The notes under the pieces: model-generated
Database searches by the model: none
What the model saw: only the letters and a program-made list of their open reading frames with translations
What the model was told of the DNA's origin: nothing
Assembly (NCBI RefSeq): GCF_004010195.1
Contig: NW_025214005.1
Span: forward strand, 4,423 to 38,000
Source of the DNA: Chiloscyllium plagiosum
Taxonomy: Eukaryota
Direction of reading: 5' to 3'
DNA: 33,578 nucleotides
In this document: positions 26,156 to 33,578 of the stretch, piece by piece
How positions within the stretch are numbered: position 1 is the first letter of the stretch
Layout: every line of letters starts with the position of its first letter
Program-made: the position numbers and the translations under genes

Positions 26156-26846
26156 TTAGGTAAATGGATATTTCAGCGCATTCTTCAGGAGCTGTCTGAA
26201 CTTATTCTGTATGATGGCATAAATCGCGGTGTTTGTGCAGCAACTGAGGAGCTGCAGCATGAAGCTCAATTCCCGCAGATAAGGGTGGAGATATACAGAG
26301 GTATCCACAATGTCCTCAATCCGGATCCACATAGAATACAGCATAAATATTGACCATAGCAGGATGAAATTGGCCGAGATCAAAAACAGTAAAATGATGG
26401 ATTTAATTCGATTTTTCATTTCTGTGTCCGACTGAGCGNNNNNNNNNNNNNNNNNNNNNNNNNNNNNNNNNNNNNNNNNNNNNNNNNNNNNNNNNNNNNN
26501 NNNNNNNNNNNNNNNNNNNNNNNNNNNNNNNNNNNNNNNNNNNNNNNNNNNNNNNNNNNNNNNNNNNNNNNNNNNNNNNNNNNNNNNNNNNNNNNNNNNN
26601 NNNNNNNNNNNNNNNNNNNNNNNNNNNNNNNNNNNNNNNNNNNNNNNNNNNNNNNNNNNNNNNNNNNNNNNNNNNNNNNNNNNNNNNNNNNNNNNNNNNN
26701 NNNNNNNNNNNNNNNNNNNNNNNNNNNNNNNNNNNNNNNNNNNNNNNNNNNNNNNNNNNNNNNNNNNNNNNNNNNNNNNNNNNNNNNNNNNNNNNNNNNN
26801 NNNNNNNNNTCTTTCTCACGCAGGACGTAGATTGTCAGTGCGTTAA
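26156..26846 (-). CDS. Last coding exon of a GPR139/GPR142-like class A GPCR (chondrichthyan 'probable GPR139' type); middle hidden in N gap
   Basis: After the gap it reads AQSDTEMKNRIKSIILLFLISANFILLWSIFMLY (TM6) ... ELSFMLQLLSCCTNTAIYAIIQNKFRQLLKNALKYPFT* (TM7 and helix 8), matching the family pattern DPEMxxRRKSIILLF...MLQLLSCCTNTxIYAVTQxKFR..LK...KYPF. Before the gap, a phase-1 acceptor is followed by (V)NALTIYVLREK (end of TM1, conserved Asn). Functional status is unknown. Confidence 0.85.
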
Positions 26847-26870
26847 CTGTGAGGAAGGAAAACAAGTAGA
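26847..26870 (-). promoter_or_regulatory. Splice acceptor (polypyrimidine tract plus CAG) of the GPCR exon
   Basis: The minus strand reads tctacttgttttccttcctcacAG|ttaacgcactg. The frame is closed by TGA shortly upstream. The position just before the TM1 Asn matches the intron position I recall for vertebrate GPR139. Confidence 0.7.
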
Positions 26871-27450
26871 TTATTCATCAGAGTGGACGCAAATTTCCTA
26901 GTCTGACTGAGGACCCAGTGAGATTATCAAAGGGAATTATTACTTAAATAATTGGAGCTGCAATAACAAATGGGAAATTCTGAATTACTGACAAACTGTC
27001 ACAAGCCACAAGAAACCCTCTATCCCCAAACACGCAGAGACACGTCCATAAGAACAGATGATTTCTCAAACATTCCCACACACTTGATCACACGCGATCA
27101 GGCACAGGTCACTTCTTTCCTGATCCTAATACGGAGGGTGAAAAAGTTGCTGCCCTGAAGGATTCATTCCCAGTTCCTTGAAGACAAACGGAGTTTCGAA
27201 ATTGCTGTTTTTTAGTCGATGTTGTATTCGATCCTGTGTCGTGAAGAAATGTAAATGCAGAGAAAACGTACTCAACCCTTTCACTGCCTGAGGGACTTCG
27301 GAACAGTCTCCTTCTTCCTGGAGGGATCATTTCCCTCGGCATCTGACAATTCGTGCAATTCACTGACGTCCAGCCGTTCACAAATAATGTCCGGGATAGA
27401 ATGTTCTGGGAATGTCCGTTATAAAATATTGGGTACAGAATATTCCAGGA

Positions 27451-28800
27451 AATCTTCTGCAGCTCCTTCGGCACCATTCCCCATATTTTCCTCCGCTACA
27501 TTGATGACTGTATTGGAGTTGCCTCGTACTCCCAAGAGGAGATTGAACAGCTCATCACCTTCACAAATATATTCTAGCCAACATCAAGTTCACCTGGATC
27601 ATCTTGGGCACCTAATCCCTTCCTAGACCTGTCCATCTCCATTTCTGGCTACCAATCAACAACAGACATTTCATACAAGTGCACTGACCTCCATAGTTAC
27701 TGCATCTCCTTCTACCATGCCTCTTGTAAAATTGCGATTCCTTATTCACAACTGCTCTATCTCCGTCCCAACTGCTCCCAGGAGGACTAATTACACATCA
27801 GAACAAATCCAGTTAGCCTCCGTCTTCATAGATTACAATTTCCCTTCACACATGTTTGATGATGCCGTCCAGGGCATCTCTTCCACTTTCTGCACATGCG
27901 CCATCCTACCCCAGTGCTCCCAACGCAACAAGGACAGAATCCCTTCACCTTCGACTCCATCAACTTCTGCATACATCGCATCATCCTTCGCCATTTACGC
28001 CACCTACAAACAGACCCCACAACTTGGAATATAGTTCGCTCCTTACCCTGATCAGAGGCCATTCCCTCCGCGACTGCCTCGTCAGATTGACGCCCACCAC
28101 CAGTCCTCATCCCACTCCCGACACTTTCCCCGGCCATCACAAGACCTGCAAAACCTTCGGCCACACCTTCTACCTCATATCCATCTGCGGTTAGAAAGGA
28201 TCCTTTCGCATCTGACAGAAATTTATCTGTGCCTATGCCAATGACATCTACAATATCCTTTGCACCAATTTGGTCTCCTCTGCATCAGGGATACTGGACG
28301 CCATCTTGCCCCGCAGCAATCACCACCACCGCCCCATGTTGAACACTTCAACTCAACCTCCCATTCCATCAAGTACATGCAGGTCCTGGCTTCTTCATCG
28401 AGAAACAATAACCGGCCGAAACCTTAAGGAAGGCACGTCATATTCCGCCGTGGGACACTGAAAATGAGCAGGGTCAATGTAGATTTCATCATTTTCCGCA
28501 TTTCCTCTCCCTCTAAGTTATCACAATCTGAAGCCTCCAACTCGGCACCGCAACCTTGACCTGTCCTTCATCTTTCCCTTTTTCTGGTCCGCTCTGCTCT
28601 CTGACCTATCACCTTCTACCACACCTTCACCTGTCTATCATATTCTCAGCTACCTTTTTCTCAGCCCCAACCCCTTTCCATTTGTTTCGCAGCCACCCAG
28701 CCCAGAAGCCTCATTCCTGATGAAGCGCTGATGTTCGAAAAGTAGATTCCCCTGCTCCTCGGATGCTGCCTGAGCTGGTGTGCTTTTCGAGCATGACATT
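27451..28800 (+). mobile_element. Decayed 5'-truncated Penelope-like retroelement (RT C-terminus, GIY-YIG endonuclease, 3' terminal repeat)
   Basis: Reads IFCSSFGTIPHIFLRYIDDCIGVASYSQEEIEQLITF (YIDD at 27497-27508), a degenerate GIY-YIG (FICAYANDIYNILCT...GLLCIRDTGR, ~28222-28300), EHFNSTSHSIKYMQVL, and a terminal ctgatga...gaaa segment. Frameshifted. Confidence 0.9.
28710..28760 (+). ncRNA. Degenerate minimal hammerhead ribozyme motif in the PLE terminus
   Basis: CTGATGA (28717-28723), a short weak stem II (gcgc-tgat-gttc), GAAA (28737-28740), then agta. PLEs are known to carry minimal type I hammerheads. The stems here are mismatched, so it is probably inactive. Confidence 0.55.
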
Positions 28801-28804
28801 CCCA

Positions 28805-29530
28805 GTTAGAAAACAGTCTGAAACCATCCTACTCAAAGAATCAGGACTGATGGGGAATGTTTCATGAAGCACTATCACCATCCCTGGGTCTATCTTGTCC
28901 CACCGGCAGGTCAGACCCAAAAGTGATGGGGGTTCGCTGGGACACAGTTAGGGAAGGGGTTACCCTGCAATTCCACAACATTGATTTCAGGACCCGAGGA
29001 ATCTCATGCAGGTCAAAGGTGGTCAAGGAAATTACCTGAGCATGAAGAGATCCTGCCCCCCTCCACCCCACCTCTCAGTGGTAACTCAGTTCCCCTTGAC
29101 TTTGAAAACAAATCAAAGGAATCACTGCGGGTGAGAAGGACACAGAACATACTCTGAGTCTGGGACTTCATGGCCATCATCAAGTGTGTCTTCACAGATC
29201 CACCACTGACTGAGCAGGGAGAGAAATCAGATGCACATCAACCGGACTGGGGCAAGTGATAGGGGAACCAAAAAGAAGGAAACATTCTCACCCAACTCCT
29301 TTTTCCAGATGGATCTGTCTCTAACAGTATCTGTTTGAGCAGCCAGCACACAGCCCTGGTGGAGGGAATGCCTCAGCCGCCTCATATTGAAGATCCTGCC
29401 CACTGTGTTATGAGGACATATTTCGAAAGGATGAAGCAAATGGAAACTGGGCCTCCATGAGGCACCTTGGGCTATCAACAGCTCCAGCATCAATGGCGTT
29501 CCCTCAATCATAAAATCAGAAGTGGACTGC
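28805..29530 (+). mobile_element. Decayed APE endonuclease fragment of a second non-LTR retrotransposon family (distinct from the CR1 copies here)
   Basis: Reads TITIPGSILSHRQVRPKSDGG (IPGY...DR...GGG motif), REGVTLQFHNIDF, ESLRVRRTQNIL*VWDF (GDFN motif position) and HIEDPAHCV. Clade not assigned. Confidence 0.7.
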
Positions 29531-29571
29531 TCAGCGATGGGTTCCAGAATGTTCAGTAACATTCATAACTA

Positions 29572-29675
29572 CACCTATACTGAAGCAGGCTATTCAGCCC
29601 ATCCAGAGTTTTAAACAGGAAGAGAATGAGGCTATTCAGCTATTCGAGCCTGCTGCTCAGCAATTGTAGCTGATC
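29572..29675 (-). mobile_element. Two short CR1-type 3' tail remnants
   Basis: gaagcaggctattcagcccatc and gaggctattcagctattcgagcctgct resemble the tail ggagtaagccattctgcccttcacgccagca at 10955-10985. Confidence 0.5.
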
Positions 29676-29744
29676 GTTTAATATCTTATTCCTGGTCCGT
29701 TGAAAATTGCAGGGAACATTCATCCTTTCAAAATAGTCACACAG

Positions 29745-30090
29745 GAATATGGAAGGACTGGTTATTGATCCGGGAGAAGGGATAAGTTAGGGATAAATGA
29801 GTCTTTGTCAGTTTAACGCAAATTAACGACTGCAGTGACACAGTGGCCAGTACTGGAACCTCAACGATTTGCAACGTTTTAGAGAAATGCAACAGATGTA
29901 TTCTAACGCAGATAGTCAGAAAGTTAAGTTATCAAGAGGAGGTAGAGTATCTCAAATTGGATAAGCAATGGACAACGACTTGGCAGCTGGAATGTAACGT
30001 GGGTATATGTAAAACTATGATATTTATCGGCAAGAAAATCAGGCTGTATATTAATTAAATGTCGGGAGATAACAGGACTTAGAGACACAG
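29745..30090 (+). mobile_element. Heavily decayed CR1 RT fragment
   Basis: Contains WxxDWL...VGINES and AVTQWPVLEPQ (GVPQGSVLGP-like) remnants, plus LDKQWTTTWQLECNVGICK (WAxxWQMxFNVxKC motif) in ORF 29843-30058. Confidence 0.65.
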
Positions 30091-30544
30091 TGTGTACTGT
30101 TGGGTTCACTTTGATCTTTTCAGACATGGGAAGTGTTGCTCCATCTCCCTGATGGCCTGCGCCCTAATGTTTCCAGTGGTCCCACTGCTCTTGTTACACA
30201 CGGGATAATTTGAAGTGGTTGGTTGGCGGTGTGGAGTGATGAGGGGTACTGTGTTTTGAGCCGTGTTCCAAGGGGATGGCCTTTATTCGGAAGGCTATCA
30301 TTTCTGGCTACGTGGAGACCTGAAGATGATGGAAATGGCTGACTGCTTCTGAATGAAGAGGCTGTGGTTGCTGCCAGGACAGTGGGTACTCACCAACATG
30401 ATGTACAGTACATCGGCTCGCTGCAACATTAATGGAGTGAGAGACGGAGGGTCCAATCACAAAATGAGAATGAAAGGCAATACAGATCAGCTGAAATTGT
30501 TAGGTATAATACATTTTCAATCCATAACAGAGAAGCATTAAATC

Positions 30545-31375
30545 AGTGGAGATATCTGCCCAGCACACAACACTGTGTCGATCAAGATCTGTTCAGTCCA
30601 ACCCAGCAATCTGCCGAGTGCAGAAAACTGTGCAGACCACAGCAGTGCATTGCTCTCTNNNNNNNNNNNNNNNNNNNNNNNNNNNNNNNNNNNNNNNNNN
30701 NNNNNNNNNNNNNNNNNNNNNNNNNNNNNNNNNNNNNNNNNNNNNNNNNNNNNNNNNNNNNNNNNNNNNNNNNNNNNNNNNNNNNNNNNNNNNNNNNNNN
30801 NNNNNNNNNNNNNNNNNNNNNNNNNNNNNNNNNNNNNNNNNNNNNNNNNNNNNNNACGCGGACCTATGCAGAACACAGCAGTACATTGACCTATAAACCC
30901 AGACTAGGTATCTATCCACGGTGTGCTGCTGGGAACGCACATCAGGCTGGCAGCATGCGAAGAGCAAGAGAATCGAAGTTTCGGGCATAAGGCCTGATCA
31001 GATTCCTGATCAAGGGATTATGTCAGAAACTTTGATTCTCCTTCTCCTTGGATACTGACTGGCCTGCTGTGCATTCCCAGCAGCACACTCTCAACTCTGA
31101 TTTCCAGCATCCGAGTCGTCATTTTCACACAGGTCTCCGTCCATCACTGGGAGCTAGGGTGACCGCAACACTGCAGTGATCTATGCACCTGGAAAAGATA
31201 TCTGTCCAGCATGGGGAGCTAAGCAGATCACCACAGTGCATTGATCTATAGACCTGAACAATTCATCTGTCCAGCACCAGAATCTATGCAGACCACAGCA
31301 GTGCATTTACCTACACATGTGGATTAGATATCTGTCGAACACAGGGAGCTATGCAGATATCCGCAGTTACATTTC
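30545..31375. repeat. 65-bp minisatellite (approx. agatatctgtccagcacagggagctatgcagaccacagcagtgcattgatctatagacctggatt), interrupted by a gap and an insertion
   Basis: The tctgtc landmarks at 31201, 31266 and 31331 give a period of 65. The same unit is visible at 30609-30658 and 30856-30918. Confidence 0.85.
30921..31126. mobile_element. Fold-back mini-element: two head-to-head Penelope terminal repeats with hammerhead remnants
   Basis: The reverse complement of 30921-31001 (ctgatcaggccttatgcccgaaacttcgattctcttgctc...cccagcagcacac) aligns with 31006-31088 (ctgatcaagggattatgtcagaaactttgattctccttctc...cccagcagcacac). Both resemble 28717-28798. Confidence 0.85.
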
Positions 31376-31881
31376 ATCGAGGCCACCCTTAGAGAAGCAA
31401 TTTAAGTGAGGTTGAGTTTAATTTTAGTTCGCTTTCTCCAACTTGGAATGTTTTTTTTGGATATATTCTTCGAAAGTATAGTGAGAATAGATTGTAATAT
31501 CATGAAACAACCCCAATGGCAGCATACGGGCCACCAAAGCGCATGTCTATTTCTATCAGTTATTATCTCAAGGACAACATTGCAAGGAATCATTGAAAAC
31601 GGCTCTGAGTCTTCAAAGGCATTGTTTGAAGAAGGAAACAGCGTGGACTGTCGTAAAGATGGTGGCAGGGTCAGAATGTTCCAGGTTGAACGCCTATGCT
31701 CCGCCCACACTTTGTGTCTTTCTTATTTATTCTATTTTCTGGAGAGTATTTTATTGCCAAGCTATTATCTTTTGAACGTGACTCCTTTGGGAAAGGAGGA
31801 AGTGAGTCCCAGGTCAGAGGATCGTGAGGGGAATCAAGGTTTCAAGTTTAAAGAACACAGCTGCCTGAGACATGTCAAACT

Positions 31882-32245
31882 GCGGTTTGGATACTGGGCC
31901 CCGGACAGTCTGGAGACTGTGTCTGCTGCAGTCTGGAGACTGGGCCCCGTGCGATCTGGAGACTGGGCCAAGTGTGGCCTGGCGACTTGGTCCGGTGTCG
32001 CCTGGACAATAGGCCCGATGCAGTTTGGAGACTGGTCCCGGAATGTTCTGCAGACTGGCCCAGTGTGTCCCAAAAATTGGGTCTGCGGCGGCATGGAGAC
32101 TGGGCCTGCTGCGGTCTGGAGACTTGGCCCGGTGTGCTATGGACACTGGCCCTGGTATAGTCTGGAGTCTGGGCTCCGTGCGGCCTCGCGACTGGGCACG
32201 GTGCGGCCTGGAGACTGAGCCTGGTGTGGTCTGCCAACTGAACCT
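31882..32245. repeat. 23-bp GC-rich minisatellite (approx. cggtctggagactgggcccggtg)
   Basis: The t(c/t)tgga landmarks at 31886, 31909 and 31932 give a period of 23, with roughly 15 degenerate copies. Confidence 0.85.
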
Positions 32246-32289
32246 AGTGTGGTCAACAGTCTCGAGTCTAGATTTGGATAATGTCGCCA

Positions 32290-33578
32290 GTAATATTTGG
32301 TCCAACGCAATATAGTAGTGGGAAGTGTTAGTTGAATCTGAGGACATAGGGAAACACTTATTTAATACTTTTCGTCAGTATTCTCATTGGAAAATGGCAA
32401 TATTATTGAGAATATGGTGATACAGGCTACAAGATTTTCTGGGAATGATGTTGATAAAGGGATGTTTTTCGCATTTTTCGAAGATCTGAATATAGGTATT
32501 AACCCTAGGCCAGCGGGATTTATTCTCGGGTTCTCTGGAAAGCCAGGGAGGAGATTACAGAGTCCTTGACTTCAACATATATGTCATCATTGTCGACAGG
32601 AGAAGTGCCAGAAGACTGGAGGATAGCAAACATTGTTCTCTTGTTTAAGAAGGGGTGTCGGAATAATCCTGGTAACTAAAGGGCAGTGCGCCTTATATCA
32701 GTTGTGAATAAGATGTTGGACGGTTTTGTGAGAGATAAGATTTGTAATTATCTGGAAACGAATAATTTGATTAGAGATAGTCAACATAGATTTGTGAAGG
32801 GTAGATCGTGCTTCACTAACCTTATTGAGTTCTTCGATAAGATGAGAAAACAGGTGGGTGAAGGTAAAGTGATTGATGTGGTGTACAAGGACTTCAGTAA
32901 AGCATTTGATAAGATTCCATACGATAGGGTATTGCACAAAATACGGAGTTTTAGGATTCAAGGTGATTCAGAGGTTCAGATCATATATTGGCTATCTGAA
33001 AGAAGACAGAGGGTGGTGGTTCGTGGGAAATGCTCATCCGGGAGGTTAGTTACCAGTGGTGTGCTAAAAGGACCTGCTTTGGGACCATTGCGGCTTGTCA
33101 TTTTAATAAATGATCTGGATGTGGGCAAAGATGGATGGGTTAGTAAGTTTGCGGCCGATACGAAGGGAGGCAAAGTTGTGGATCATTCTGATGAATACAT
33201 AAGATGCAGCGCTAGACTGAAAAATGGCAATTGGAGTTTAATGGCAAGTTTGAGGTAGTTCAATTCGGAAGAAATGACAACAATGCAGATTATTGAGCTA
33301 ATGGTAAAAGTCTTGGTATTTTAAATGAACAGAGAGATCTCGTGCCCAGGTGCATACATACCTGAAAGTTGCCACGCAGGTTTATAGGTTGTTAAGAAGG
33401 CATATGGTGTGTTGGCGTTTATTCGTAGGGGGATTAGGTTTTGGAGCCAAAAGGGCAAGGTTCAACTGAGCAGGACACTGGAAAGGCCACACCTCGATTA
33501 TTGACTGTAGTTCTGGTCAGTGCATTATGTGAACGATGTGGAAGCTTTGGACAGGTTCCAGATGAGATTTACAAGAAT
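32290..33578 (+). mobile_element. Decayed CR1 LINE ORF2 (pre-RT, RT and C-terminal region), running off the window end
   Basis: Reads GEVPEDWRIANIVLLFKKG (~32600-32655). ORF 32686-33258 has GRSCFTNLIEFF, YKDFSKAFDKIPY, SGVLKGPALGP and KFAADTK. Stops and frameshifts follow. Confidence 0.9.

Noticed and set aside
26810..26865. NALTIYVL read as the TM5 motif (NALTVRHIL-like) rather than TM1
   Set aside because: It is directly preceded by a polypyrimidine-CAG acceptor and an in-frame stop, and the distance to TM6 would be far too long.
27109..27477. Minus-strand ORF with LQKISWNILYPIFY as possible GPCR exon 1
   Set aside because: Its start is antisense PLE sequence, it lacks the GVP/GLP motif, and no phase-1 GT donor follows.
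29030..30400. Minus-strand donor-like sites (CAG|GTAATT near 29035; TTG|GTGAGT near 30392)
   Set aside because: The preceding sequence does not encode a TM1-like peptide, and the first site lies within a LINE remnant.
31406..32347. 270-aa (+) and 177-aa (-) ORFs
   Set aside because: They are largely translation of the 23-bp minisatellite, with no recognisable domain. A faint hAT-like ITD...W...C..H pattern in 31402-31710 has the wrong spacing.

Overview
This is eukaryotic, repeat-dominated DNA, most likely from a cartilaginous fish (shark-type). That inference rests on the CR1 LINE subfamilies and tails, the Penelope-like elements, and a chondrichthyan-type GPR139-like receptor. The only credible host gene is the last coding exon of a GPR139/GPR142-like class A GPCR on the minus strand (26846-26156), with its middle hidden in an N gap. 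It has a clean splice acceptor and a candidate poly(A) signal, but I could not find exon 1. The rest is decayed CR1 LINE fragments, one younger 5'-truncated CR1, two Penelope-like fragments, a fold-back pair of Penelope termini carrying hammerhead-ribozyme remnants, an endonuclease fragment from a second LINE family, and five tandem-repeat arrays (units of about 37, 34, 32, 65 and 23 bp). Five assembly gaps are present (1812-1908, 21946-22712, 23782-24662, 26439-26809, 30659-30855). I found no convincing new multi-gene system. The best leads are the receptor, the hammerhead fold-back element and the ~17 kb strand-skewed satellite. All family calls are from by-eye motif recognition, and repeat boundaries are approximate.
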